This document shows positions 19,588 to 29,318 of a stretch of 64,000 nucleotides of DNA, piece by piece. The DNA is from Desulfatiglandales bacterium (lineage in GTDB: Bacteria; Desulfobacterota; DSM-4660; Desulfatiglandales; Desulfatiglandaceae), in assembly GCA_963666345.1 (NCBI GenBank), contig OY762721.1:3648001-3712000 (forward strand). The letters run 5' to 3'. The notes beneath the pieces were generated by a model, which was not told the origin of the DNA, did no database searches, and worked only from the letters and a program-made list of their open reading frames with translations. The position numbers and the translations under genes are program-made. Position 1 is the stretch's first letter. Each line of letters starts with the position of its first letter.

Positions 19588-20556
19588 ATGATCAATAGAA
19601 AAACTGAAAAGAAAATTCAGCAGGCAACTGTAATCGGTGCTGGAGTTATGGGGCATGGTATAGCTCAGTTCCTTGCCTATAATGGTTTGAAGGTAACATT
19701 AGTTGATAATAATGAGAAAAATTTAGAGCAGGCAAAAAAATGGATTGATGACAACTTAAAAGTAATGGTTGATCTCGGAGAGATCAAAGAAACCGAAATT
19801 TCAAGTTTGTTGTCTAGAATTGTTTTCGCTACAGAATTGAGTGAAAGCATAAAAGGTTCTAAATACGTTTTAGAAGCAATTACTGAAAATTTGGAAATAA
19901 AGAAAAAGATATGGAAAATAATGGGAGAATATTCAGATGGCGATGCCATTTTGGCTTCAAATACATCATCATATGATATAAATGAACTTGGCAAAGGGGT
20001 TCCCAATGAGGAACGGGTTATTGGCACACATTGGTTCCACCCCCCACCCATTACGCCTTGTGTCGAGGTCATTCCTTCCGAAAAGACAAATGATAGCACG
20101 ATTCACTTTGTAGTGGATTTTCTCAAGGATATAGGAAAAATTCCAACAAAATGCGAAAGCGCCCCAGGTTTTGTAGCTAATCGTCTCCAAATGGCACTAG
20201 CCGCAGAAGCAATCGCTTTGGTTGAAAATGGTCTTGCAACCCCAAATGAAGTAGATCAAATCGTAAAAACATCATTCGGCTTCCGTTTGAGTGCCTATGG
20301 CCCTTTTGAAATAATTGACCAAGCAGGAGCAGACACTTATCTAAGCATCTTTGAATATCTTTATGAAAAATTGGGGAAAAAGCACTTTAAACCTCCTCGC
20401 CTTTTAACTGATCAGGTTAAGGCTGGTTGCTTAGGACTTAAAGTTTCAAAGGGTTTTTATGACTATACAGAAGGGGCTGCCGATTCTGTTAGGCGCAACC
20501 GTGATCGTAAGCTGTATGCAAGGCTAAGACTCTTTAATAAAGAGGCCATAGATTGA
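19588..20556 (+). CDS. 3-hydroxyacyl-CoA dehydrogenase family protein
   Basis: GAGVMGHGIA, EAITE, LASNTSS, GTHWFHP, PGFVANRL, GPFE. Confidence 0.92.
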   Translation: MINRKTEKKIQQATVIGAGVMGHGIAQFLAYNGLKVTLVDNNEKNLEQAKKWIDDNLKVMVDLGEIKETEISSLLSRIVFATELSESIKGSKYVLEAITENLEIKKKIWKIMGEYSDGDAILASNTSSYDINELGKGVPNEERVIGTHWFHPPPITPCVEVIPSEKTNDSTIHFVVDFLKDIGKIPTKCESAPGFVANRLQMALAAEAIALVENGLATPNEVDQIVKTSFGFRLSAYGPFEIIDQAGADTYLSIFEYLYEKLGKKHFKPPRLLTDQVKAGCLGLKVSKGFYDYTEGAADSVRRNRDRKLYARLRLFNKEAID

Positions 20557-20891
20557 AACAAGCTCTCTCTTAATTGGTACCCGCTCATTCATTTGGATTG
20601 ATACTTTACTCCTATCATGGGAGGAATCAGGGGGAAATGAAATGCCTTTTCACCCTGATGATATTGGATGGCCTCTTCATTAAACTGTATGCTTTTTTCT
20701 CTTTTTGGTGTATTATGGGATTATTACGGCAGTGCTCTCCTTCCTGTGGCTCAATCGTTTTTTGTCAATTCAATTGATACCACATGGGGACACTGCCGTC
20801 CCTTTCAAAAAAAGCTAAACTTGATTATACGTTATCACCAGTTGGGTTTTTCCGCATTCTTTATCTATTCAATGTCAGGTGCCCGGCCTTC

Positions 20892-21842
20892 TCAGGCCCC
20901 CTTTACAGGCAGGGCCGGTTCCTCATTTACCGTGAGAGTGAATATGTCTGCCCTTGCGTAGTGGCCTGTTACGTCAAAATCGACCCTTGCCCTTACGACT
21001 TCGGCCATATCCAGTTCGGCATAGAGTATGCCATCCCTGTCATACAGGGGTCCTTCAATCACCTCCCCGAACGGGGATATGATAGCGCTTCCACCTCTGG
21101 TGATTATATCAGGCTGGTCTTTTAGTTCCTCAAGATTCCTTATCTCCTCAGGATACATATCCTTTGTCATGAACTGGTTACAGGAAAGCACAAAACAGCG
21201 GCTTTCGCACGCAATATGCCTCATGCTGGCGTGCCAGGAATCCCTTGAGTCGGCGGTGGGGGCAAGATATATGTCCAGTCCTTTGCCGTACATGGCCATT
21301 CTTGCAAGAGGCATGTAGTTTTCCCAGCATATGAGTCCGCCTACCCTTCCAAATGGGGTATCTATGACCGTCAGGGTGCTTCCGTCCCCCTCGCCCCATA
21401 TGAGTCTTTCGGAACCTGTGGGTTTGAGTTTCCTGTGTTTTCCGAGCAGTTCTCCATGGGGCCCGAAATAGACAAGGGTACAGTAAAGTGTCCCGCGGCT
21501 GAAGGTCGAATCGCGCTCAATGACCCCGATAGCAGCAAACACGCCTGCTTCCCTTGCCGCCTTTCCGATCAGCTCGGTCTGCCTGCCCGGTACGTCAACC
21601 GCTGTTTCCCAGTAACGCTGCCACACCTTTCTTCCTTCAGGACTCCTGCTTCCCACAACCATCCCGAAATTGAGTCCCCTCGGGTAGGCGGGTATGAGCG
21701 CCTCGGGAAAGAGTATGAATTTGGCCCCTTCAGATGCGGCCTCATGAATGAGTTCGCACACCCTATCCGTTATGGCGTCCCTGTCAAAGGGAACAGGAGC
21801 TGCCTGTACCACCGCGACCTTCACAGGAGATGGTGATGTCAT
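20892..21842 (-). CDS. Nitrilase (carbon-nitrogen hydrolase)
   Basis: Catalytic E-K-C motifs FPEA, HRKLKPT..ER and ICWENYMPL; ends D..GHYAR. Confidence 0.94.
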   Translation of the reverse strand: MTSPSPVKVAVVQAAPVPFDRDAITDRVCELIHEAASEGAKFILFPEALIPAYPRGLNFGMVVGSRSPEGRKVWQRYWETAVDVPGRQTELIGKAAREAGVFAAIGVIERDSTFSRGTLYCTLVYFGPHGELLGKHRKLKPTGSERLIWGEGDGSTLTVIDTPFGRVGGLICWENYMPLARMAMYGKGLDIYLAPTADSRDSWHASMRHIACESRCFVLSCNQFMTKDMYPEEIRNLEELKDQPDIITRGGSAIISPFGEVIEGPLYDRDGILYAELDMAEVVRARVDFDVTGHYARADIFTLTVNEEPALPVKGA

Positions 21843-21957
21843 ATTTTTTATTACCTCCTCGGCCCGGTCCTTAAGACCGGGATTTTTTTACTCAGTATCT
21901 CTTTAAAAAGATTTCGCATGACTTTTGCAGGGGCTTCAACTCTTTTGGGTTCTTCTC

Positions 21958-22359
21958 TCAATTAGTTGGGAGAAAGGGTCCAAGGGTTCCAGGATTCAAG
22001 AGTTTGGTTTCCAGGGATTTGATCATTGCTTTCAGCATTGTCTCGACATCCCCGATTTTCCCCCTTAATTCCTGAAGCCTCTGTTTTTTCAAATAACCCA
22101 AGTCACCTGATATCCTGGCCTGGGTTTCCAATTCACAGACTGAACCATATGCAATATAGAGAAATCTCACATACTCTATAGTCGTTTTTCTCCCATACCC
22201 TTAGGCGATATTCGATGGTATGGAAACAGCGGATCTTCTGATTCGGGAGGTCAAAGCGTACCGCTCATCTTTTGAAAAACGTTTTGTTTCCTTATAAATA
22301 TGAAAACAAAGCGTATACGATTTTTGCCGAATGTTTAACTCTTTATGATTTTTAAGCAT
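21958..22359 (-). pseudogene. Four-helix-bundle (23S rRNA IVS-protein family) gene with a premature stop
   Basis: MLKNHKELNIRQKSYTLCFHIYKETKRFSKDERYALTSRIRRSAVSIPSNIA*GYGR...FLYIAYGSVCELETQ. TAA at 22201-03 replaces the Glu of the NIAEG motif. Confidence 0.88.
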
Positions 22360-22567
22360 TTCACTTGACCCCTTGACCCCTTGAATCCTATTTGATCACA
22401 ATTAATCAAATGATGTTCCCTGAAGCTTAACAGAGCAATCCTGGATTATCAAGACCGGTCGGAAAGAGATACCGATTTGGCATTTTTCCTTTTTGATGGT
22501 ACATTTATGTCTGATTTTTTTACAGGCTTACGGATCGATCCTTCATACTTCACATCAGGGGAGGACA

Positions 22568-23767
22568 ATGAACCGGATGAAGACCATAGCCGTGGTAGGC
22601 ACCTTTGACTCGAAGGGGGAGGAGCATCTCTTTTTAAAGGAGCGGATAGAGAAAAGAGGCTTTTCAGCCCTCACCATAAACGTGGGCACAAAAGGACCCG
22701 GGACCTTCAAGGCGGATATCGATCTGTTCATCCGGCTTGAAAAAGTGGACGGGCTTGACCATGAAAGCAGAGACAGAGCCATCGCAGCCATGCTTCAAAG
22801 GGCAAAGGAGCTTGTAAGACAACTCCATGAAAGAAAGGAAATCTGTGGAATAATCTCCGCCGGCGGGGGCACCGGCACGCATCTGGGCACCGGCATAATG
22901 AGGGCGGTTCCGATGGGTGTTCCCAAGGTAATGGTATCTACTGTGGCATCAAGGGATATGTCGAAGGTGGTGGGTACCAGGGATATCACCATGATGCACA
23001 GTGTGGCTGACCTTCTGGGGGTAAACAGCATATCAGGAGCCGTGCTTGACAGGGCCGCGGCCGCGGTCTGCGCAATGACGGGTAACGGCTGGAGTCCGGG
23101 GATTGAAAAGAAAAGGATCGCGCTCACGTTTTTCGGTTTTATCACTCCGGCGGCTGAAATGATAAAGGAGCGGCTTGAGCGGCTTGACTACGAGGTGATC
23201 GCCTTTCATGCCAACGGCACGGGCGGCATGGCAATGGAGGAGCTTGCGTCCGAAGGCTATTTCAGCGGCATTCTCGATCTTGGGACACATGAACTGGCCG
23301 ATGAACTGAAAGGGGGATACTGCTCCGGCATAGGGCCTGAAAGGCTTGTCCTCCCGCCGGGCATTGTTTTGCCGAGGCTCGTGGTTCCGGGGGGTCTTGA
23401 CTGCGCGGTCCTTGAGTTTACAAGAGAAAAGATCCCTGAAAAATACAGGGGCAGGAAGATATTTTTCTATGATTTCCGTTCGGCCGTCCGTTTGAATGAA
23501 AAGGAGAGTCTTTTCATTGCCGCGCAGCTTTCGGAAAAATTGAACAAGTCACCTGCCGGGACAAGGGTTCTTGTCCCCCTGGATGGATGGTCAGAGGCGG
23601 ACAGGCAGGGAGGTCCTCTTTACGACCCGGCATTGAGTGGGCTTTTCCTTGATAGATTGAAGCGGACCCTTGATCCTGAAATAGAGGTCATGGAGGTCGG
23701 GATGCATATTAATGATCCTGCGTTTGCGCGGCTTGCCGCCCGAATCATGCATAAGATGATCGGATGA
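22568..23767 (+). CDS. Tm-1-like ATP-binding domain protein (UPF0261)
   Basis: GTFDSKGEE, GGGTGT, P.GVPKVMVST, HSVADL.G.N, FHANGTGG.AME, HINDPAFA. Confidence 0.9.
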   Translation: MNRMKTIAVVGTFDSKGEEHLFLKERIEKRGFSALTINVGTKGPGTFKADIDLFIRLEKVDGLDHESRDRAIAAMLQRAKELVRQLHERKEICGIISAGGGTGTHLGTGIMRAVPMGVPKVMVSTVASRDMSKVVGTRDITMMHSVADLLGVNSISGAVLDRAAAAVCAMTGNGWSPGIEKKRIALTFFGFITPAAEMIKERLERLDYEVIAFHANGTGGMAMEELASEGYFSGILDLGTHELADELKGGYCSGIGPERLVLPPGIVLPRLVVPGGLDCAVLEFTREKIPEKYRGRKIFFYDFRSAVRLNEKESLFIAAQLSEKLNKSPAGTRVLVPLDGWSEADRQGGPLYDPALSGLFLDRLKRTLDPEIEVMEVGMHINDPAFARLAARIMHKMIG

Positions 23768-23786
23768 TCGAACGGCGGCAGGCGAG

Positions 23787-24308
23787 TCAGGCATCATGCG
23801 CTTTCCCCTTGGATTTTAAGCCCTGTTTGAAACTTTCCCAGAACTCCTTGTCATTGTCCTGCCACGCAGCCCCGAATCTTCTTTCAAAATAGGATGAAGG
23901 CAGTTTCTCCTGCCATTTTCCCCAGGGGTCTTCCCCCTTTTTCTTGGCCTCGATAATGTCATTTATAAAAGAGGCGATATCCGCGATCTCATCTTTCGGT
24001 ATATAGGAGTCTGCACCCTGTTTTATCGATTTTACCAGGTTGTCGGGCGTAAACGCATGGGCTGTGAGCATGACGGCCGTTGTGCCTTTACTGTTGCAGA
24101 TTTCAAGAAGTCGGTAACCGTTGACCCCCATGATATCAAGCACTGCTACGTCGAATTCCTCTTTTTCAAGCAGTTCCCGCGCCTCCTCAAACGTGGAGGC
24201 ACTGACCACGTCACACATGAATAAAAGTTCTTCCAGTACCTGCAGAATGTCAGGTTCATCATCGACTATCAAGACCCTTTTACCGTCAAGCAAAGCGGTT
24301 TCAGACAT
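23787..24308 (-). CDS. Single-domain response regulator with C-terminal extension
   Basis: LIVDDEPD, VLDIMG, MLTAHA, YIPK. Confidence 0.9.
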   Translation of the reverse strand: MSETALLDGKRVLIVDDEPDILQVLEELLFMCDVVSASTFEEARELLEKEEFDVAVLDIMGVNGYRLLEICNSKGTTAVMLTAHAFTPDNLVKSIKQGADSYIPKDEIADIASFINDIIEAKKKGEDPWGKWQEKLPSSYFERRFGAAWQDNDKEFWESFKQGLKSKGKAHDA

Positions 24309-24453
24309 GAATTATCCTCCTTTTATAAAATGACGCCCGATCAGTAAACAGTCAAGCGGTCGACTCAAGAACCTATCACATGATCCGGGAATATTCCACT
24401 GAATAGATAAGCAGTCCCATGCCTGATCGTGGATGACGAACCTGTTGCCCGCC

Positions 24454-25401
24454 TTACCTCCTTCTTGCAAGTATCCTGTTCATGAGCGCCCCTATCCCCT
24501 GGGGCGTCATGTCTTTCGGGGTCAGCTTGAGGAGTATGTCCACAAATGCCCGGGCCGCCATTGAAAGATACTGCCCCTCCAAAAAGGCGATGCTCACGTC
24601 AAGAAATATCCTGCCTCCTTCAAGGGGCACGGTTGAAAGGCTTTTCCCCTTGAGCTCAAGGGCGACCGCCTCCTTTACCAGAAAGGAGATCCCTTCTCCC
24701 CTTTGAACCAGCTGTTTGATAAATTCCGTGTTGCTGGTATCCATGAGTATGTCGGGTGTGCAGCCGTTTCGAGTGAAAAGCTCGTTTACCAGCCTCCTAG
24801 TGCCTGATCCGGTCTCCTTCATGATGACCGGCTCTCTGGCCAGATCCCTTATGGAGACGGTCTTTTCTGCGGCCAGCGGGTGATCAGGTGCGAGTATCAC
24901 GACCAGCTCTTCCTCGCTGAAGGGAATGAAACGGACATCGGGGTTTTCCTCCGCCTTGGCGATGATGGCCACTTCGTTTTTGAAGTCCAGCAGGCTGTGA
25001 ATCATGTCAAGGGAGCTTCCCTCATCCAGGTAGATCCTAACCTGAGGGTAGGTTTCATGAAAACCGGTAAGAAGATAAGGCATGAAGTAGCGGGCATAGG
25101 TCTTTGTCGTTCCAAGCCTCAGGACTCCCCTTTTGAGTTCCTTCATCTCCTCTATCAGGTGCTCAAGGTCCCTTTCATAATCAAATACCTTTACGGCGTA
25201 TTCAAAAAGTGTCTTACCCTCGTCCGTAAGATATATGCTGCGGCCCTTTCTCTTAAAGAGCTTGAAGCTGCAGTGTTCTTCAAGGAGCCTTATCTGGGCG
25301 GTAACGGCCGGCTGGGTGATGTATAGACTTTTGGCTGCAAGGGTAAAACTGAGGTGCCTTGCTGTGTGGTAAAAGACCCTGAGTTGATTGAAATTGATCA
25401 T
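24454..25401 (-). CDS. LysR family transcriptional regulator
   Basis: NFNQLRVF..SFTLAAKSLYITQPAVTAQIR.LEE HTH followed by a substrate-binding domain. Confidence 0.96.
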   Translation of the reverse strand: MINFNQLRVFYHTARHLSFTLAAKSLYITQPAVTAQIRLLEEHCSFKLFKRKGRSIYLTDEGKTLFEYAVKVFDYERDLEHLIEEMKELKRGVLRLGTTKTYARYFMPYLLTGFHETYPQVRIYLDEGSSLDMIHSLLDFKNEVAIIAKAEENPDVRFIPFSEEELVVILAPDHPLAAEKTVSIRDLAREPVIMKETGSGTRRLVNELFTRNGCTPDILMDTSNTEFIKQLVQRGEGISFLVKEAVALELKGKSLSTVPLEGGRIFLDVSIAFLEGQYLSMAARAFVDILLKLTPKDMTPQGIGALMNRILARRR

Positions 25402-25424
25402 GTGCCTGTCCTTTAAAAATAAAG

Positions 25425-25498
25425 CCTAAGCAAAATTTATGGATCAGGGTGATGCATAAGTAAAATTTATGTATATCATAAATATTATGAAGTTGACA
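25425..25498. promoter_or_regulatory. LysR-type binding boxes and a -35 element in the divergent lysR/ppsA region
   Basis: CATAA-N7-TTATG (25455-71; fits T-N11-A), a near copy CCTAAGCAAAATTTATG (25425-41), and TTGACA at 25493-98. Confidence 0.6.
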
Positions 25499-25730
25499 GA
25501 CACTTTTCAGTAATAAATTATAAGACTTATTTCCATAACAAGAACCTGGTACCGATCCCTCCACCAGTCCTGAGACCTTATCAAAAAGGATTCCTCATTA
25601 AGCGAAAACGCAGGTCGCTTCCTGAAAGCCTTATCTGAACGTGTTTTTTCTGTCCTGACGTAACGGAATTCCCGGCTCTGTGGGCCTCAAAAAAACAGCA
25701 GTGCCTTAATGGAACGGGAAAAGTGAGCTG

Positions 25731-25796
25731 AAGTGACTAAAGTGACTAAAGTTGGAAGTGACTAAAGTGACTAAAGTTATGGAGTCGCTTCGCTCC
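25731..25796. repeat. AAGTGACTA tandem 9-mers followed by a GGAGTCGCTTCGCTCC mini-hairpin
   Basis: Four exact AAGTGACTA units interrupted by AAGTTGG; same unit as 8094-8138. Confidence 0.85.
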
Positions 25797-26087
25797 GCTT
25801 TCTTAGAGGTTCCATAGCCCTTTGAATCTGGGTTTTTTAGGCATTGCAAAGTCCGGAAGAGCAGGGTGTTTATTTTTCCCGTCCAATTGCAGAATGCAGT
25901 TTTCCTTAAACGTAAGAACCGGAATCAAGAAAGATAAAAAGAAAAAAACAGGAAAGAGGAGCCCCTCCACCTGACCCCCCGGCCCCTCAAATCCCTGTCC
26001 CCTATTTAAGATTTATTTCCCCGGTTTGGGAGTGCATCGACGCTCCACGCAACCATTCCAACCAACAACATCACAGGAGGGGGAAAA

Positions 26088-27947
26088 ATGGCAGATCAAA
26101 AGGCAGGAAGATTTCCGGATCCTCACGATTTCAAGGTGCCTCCCGGCCTGGAGGGCTGGGAAGAGATGTATCCATCGCACTATCTTTTTTCAAAGGAGAG
26201 GGGGGAATGGGAAAAGCAGCAGTTCTGGTATCAGGACAAGATTCATGCCCCTGAACCGGTGCCCCCCCTGGACCTGATCTTCCAGGAGGCCTGGCAGATC
26301 TCCCTTTCACAGTACACCACAAGGGTGTTCTGCATCCCCCCTGCCCAGGGAATCGCCCAGAGGATGGTCGGGTGCTACATGTACATCTGTGCCATCGCGC
26401 CGCCGCCCGATAAGGTTATCGGAGAAAAGGCGGCCCATTTCGAAAAGCGCGTTTTCTACGTGTTCGAGCACTATGACGAACTGTGGGACAAGTGGCTCAA
26501 CAAATTCAAGGCCCTCGGCAACGAGATGTCCGCGGTTGAGATCCCGGAGCAGATGCCCAAATTCGTGCCTGAAGATCAGGTGCTTCCCGCGCCCAGGGGC
26601 TACTACATATCCTATGACGTGATGGAGGCATTCGACAGGCTCGTAAACATGATGTTCAAGGGATGGCAGTACCACTTCGAGATGCTTAACCTCACTTATC
26701 TTGCCTACCTCATGTTCGGCGACGTATCAAGAAAGCTCTTTCCGGGAATCAGCGAGAGTGCCATCGGCAAGATGGTGGCAGGCGCCTATGTGTCGATGTT
26801 CAGGCCGGAGGAGGAGCTGTGCAGACTCGCAAGGCTAGCCTCTTCATCCCGCGGCGTTGCGGATATTCTGAAGACCGATATGTCGGTAGGGCAGAAGGTC
26901 TCCAAGCTTAACAAGATAACCGACGGCAAACACTGGCTGGAGGAGTTTGAGAAATCAAAGGACCCCTGGTTCTACGTGTCCTGCGGAAGCGGGTGGCTGC
27001 ATCATGAGGGAAGCTGGATTACCAACCTTGAAATACCCTACAGCTATATAAAGGGCTATGTGGAAAGCCTTGAAAGGGGCGAGAAGATCGAGCGCTCCCT
27101 TGACCAGATAGACAAAGAAAGGGACCAGATAGTAGAAGAGTACCGCAAACTGATCAAAACCGATGAAGACCGAAAATCGTTTGACGACGCCTACAAGACC
27201 ATCCGGACCATATACCGGTACGCGGAGGATCATCTGTTCTGGGTGGAGCACTGGTTTCACACCATCTGGTATGAAAAGATAAGGAGATTCGGAAGCCTTC
27301 TCAAAGGAAACGGAATGCTCAACGAGGTGGACGATATATTCATGTTCACCCGCTATGAGATCCCGGAGATGCTGACCGAGCTTTCCACCGGCTGGGCCCT
27401 GGGAGTGGACATACCTTTAAGGGGCGATTTTTACAAGGCAAAGGCAAAAAAGAGGAGGAAGATCCTGGATGCTGCATCCGAATGGGCACCCACCCCCGCG
27501 CTCGGCGTACCACCCGAGGAGGTGGCGGAACCCTTCACGATCATGCTCTGGGGCGTGACGACCGATAAGGTAAAGGAATGGCTCAAGGGTGTGGAGGTCC
27601 CGAAAGGAACTGAGATCAGCGAGATAAAGGGATTTGCGGCTTCGGCAGGGGCCGCGGAAGGTCCGGCCAGGGTGCTCAAGCTCTTAAAGGAGATCGTCGA
27701 CATAAAACCGGGTGAGATTATCGTGTGCCCGTCGACCAATCCCTCGTGGGCGCCGGTGTTTACCAAGATCAAGGCGGCTGTCACGGACATCGGCGGGCTT
27801 ACAAGTCATGCGGCCATAGTCTGCCGGGAATACGGAGTACCATCGGTCACGGGAACGGGAGTGGCCACATCCGTGATTAAAACCGGAGACATAATCAGGG
27901 TCGACGGAGACACAGGGCTGGTAACCATAGTGAAGCGGGCGCAGTGA
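26088..27947 (+). CDS. ppsA: Phenylphosphate synthase subunit A-like protein (PEP-utilising phospho-His domain)
   Basis: FPDPHD..PPGLEGWEEMYP, WQYHFEMLNL, HLFWVEHWFH, EPFTIMLWGVT, TDIGGLTSHAAIVCRE. Collinear with Thauera PpsA as recalled. Confidence 0.88.
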   Translation: MADQKAGRFPDPHDFKVPPGLEGWEEMYPSHYLFSKERGEWEKQQFWYQDKIHAPEPVPPLDLIFQEAWQISLSQYTTRVFCIPPAQGIAQRMVGCYMYICAIAPPPDKVIGEKAAHFEKRVFYVFEHYDELWDKWLNKFKALGNEMSAVEIPEQMPKFVPEDQVLPAPRGYYISYDVMEAFDRLVNMMFKGWQYHFEMLNLTYLAYLMFGDVSRKLFPGISESAIGKMVAGAYVSMFRPEEELCRLARLASSSRGVADILKTDMSVGQKVSKLNKITDGKHWLEEFEKSKDPWFYVSCGSGWLHHEGSWITNLEIPYSYIKGYVESLERGEKIERSLDQIDKERDQIVEEYRKLIKTDEDRKSFDDAYKTIRTIYRYAEDHLFWVEHWFHTIWYEKIRRFGSLLKGNGMLNEVDDIFMFTRYEIPEMLTELSTGWALGVDIPLRGDFYKAKAKKRRKILDAASEWAPTPALGVPPEEVAEPFTIMLWGVTTDKVKEWLKGVEVPKGTEISEIKGFAASAGAAEGPARVLKLLKEIVDIKPGEIIVCPSTNPSWAPVFTKIKAAVTDIGGLTSHAAIVCREYGVPSVTGTGVATSVIKTGDIIRVDGDTGLVTIVKRAQ

Positions 27948-28035
27948 TACGAATTTAACCGGAAAGCCCCTTTCCCATTCAGGTCACTTTTTCGCTTCCT
28001 GTCTGTTGAAAGGGGCTTCTAGGTGAAAAGAGATC

Positions 28036-29106
28036 ATGGAACATATACTCGGTTTTGAAAGACTTGACAGGGGTTCCCTCGCCCTTGTGGGGGGAAAGAA
28101 CGCGAGCCTGGGTGAGATGATAAAAAGCGGGGTCCGCGTGCCTCCCGGTTTTGCCGTTACAACCGACAGTTATCTTGGTTTTATAACAAAGACCGGTATA
28201 AAGGAGAAGATCTATGAGGCCCTCGCAGGTCTTGATCCTGAGGATGTGGAATCGCTCGACCGGGCAAGCGGCAAGGCGCGCGGGCTTATCATGGATTCAT
28301 CCATGACAAGGGAGGGGAGGGATGCAATCGCAGGCGGTTATAAAACACTGTGCCGGGATTGCAATAAAGATTACCTGCCTGTGGCGGTCAGATCAAGCGC
28401 AACGGCCGAGGACCTCCCGACCGCCAGTTTCGCCGGCCAGCAGGATACATTCCTCTGGGTCCTTGGGGCGGATAAGGTCATAGGCAATGTCCAGGCCTGC
28501 TGGGCAAGCCTGTTTACCCCCCGTGCCGTCAGCTACAGGATTAGGAACAAGTTTTCCCATGAAAAGGTACTCATAAGCGTCGGTGTCCAGAAGATGGTCA
28601 ATTCGAGGAGCGCCGGTGTCATGTTTACCCTCAATCCGACCAACGGGGACCCTTCAAAGGTGGTCATAGAGGCAAGCTGGGGGCTGGGCGAGACGGTTGT
28701 TTCAGGTTCGGTTAATCCGGACAAGTTCGTGGTGGACAAGGTGATGCTGGAGATCAATGAAAGGGACATATCCAAAAAGCATATAGAATGCCTGTATGAC
28801 CCGGATGAAAAAAAGGTGGTCAACATCGAGGTGGAGCCGGAAAGACAGCAGAAATGCTGCCTGGAGGGCCGTGAGGTAAGGGAACTGGCCAGACTGGCAA
28901 AGGAAATAGAGGTCCATTACGGATGCCCCATGGACATCGAGTGGGCCATAGAAGAAGACGCGTCCTTTCCCGAGAACATATTTATCGTTCAGGCACGGCC
29001 CGAGACCGTCTGGAGCCGGAAGGAGTCAAAGCCCGTCATAGGGGCGAAGAGCGGCTATCAGCTTTTGATGGAAAAGGCGATGACAAGGATAAAGCTGAGG
29101 ACATGA
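28036..29106 (+). CDS. ppsB: Phenylphosphate synthase subunit B-like protein (ATP-binding PEP-synthase N-terminal domain)
   Basis: VGGKNASLGEM, VAVRSSATAEDLP.ASFAGQQDT, GLGETVVSG, DIEWA, VQARPETV. Stand-alone domain next to ppsA. Confidence 0.88.
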   Translation: MEHILGFERLDRGSLALVGGKNASLGEMIKSGVRVPPGFAVTTDSYLGFITKTGIKEKIYEALAGLDPEDVESLDRASGKARGLIMDSSMTREGRDAIAGGYKTLCRDCNKDYLPVAVRSSATAEDLPTASFAGQQDTFLWVLGADKVIGNVQACWASLFTPRAVSYRIRNKFSHEKVLISVGVQKMVNSRSAGVMFTLNPTNGDPSKVVIEASWGLGETVVSGSVNPDKFVVDKVMLEINERDISKKHIECLYDPDEKKVVNIEVEPERQQKCCLEGREVRELARLAKEIEVHYGCPMDIEWAIEEDASFPENIFIVQARPETVWSRKESKPVIGAKSGYQLLMEKAMTRIKLRT

Positions 29107-29270
29107 ATGAGATAAAATCCCCTTGTCCGATTAAGCTGGAGAAGAACCTTTTCAATAATCCGGCATTCAGGGAAAACCAGGATAGAAGGATTTTGCATTT
29201 AAGGGTCATCTCCAAAAGAGTTGATTTAAATGAAGGAGTCTTTGCTCTTCTTATTCCTCGCTCAGTCCCA

Positions 29271-29290
29271 CCCTTCGACAAGCTCAGGGC
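29271..29290. repeat. REP-like short element CCCTTCGACAAGCTCAGGGC
   Basis: Recalled as a widespread REP-like motif; single copy in this window. Confidence 0.45.
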
Positions 29291-29318
29291 GGGTTCCCGG
29301 AAGGGGCCAAGGGTTCTA

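Noticed and set aside
20892..21842. Nitrilase as part of the pps pathway
   Set aside because: Separated by a four-helix remnant and transcribed away from the cluster; no evidence beyond proximity.
26088..29106. Split gluconeogenic PEP synthase
   Set aside because: There is no pyruvate-binding TIM-barrel domain; the N-terminal region and ubiD/ubiX context match phenylphosphate synthase.
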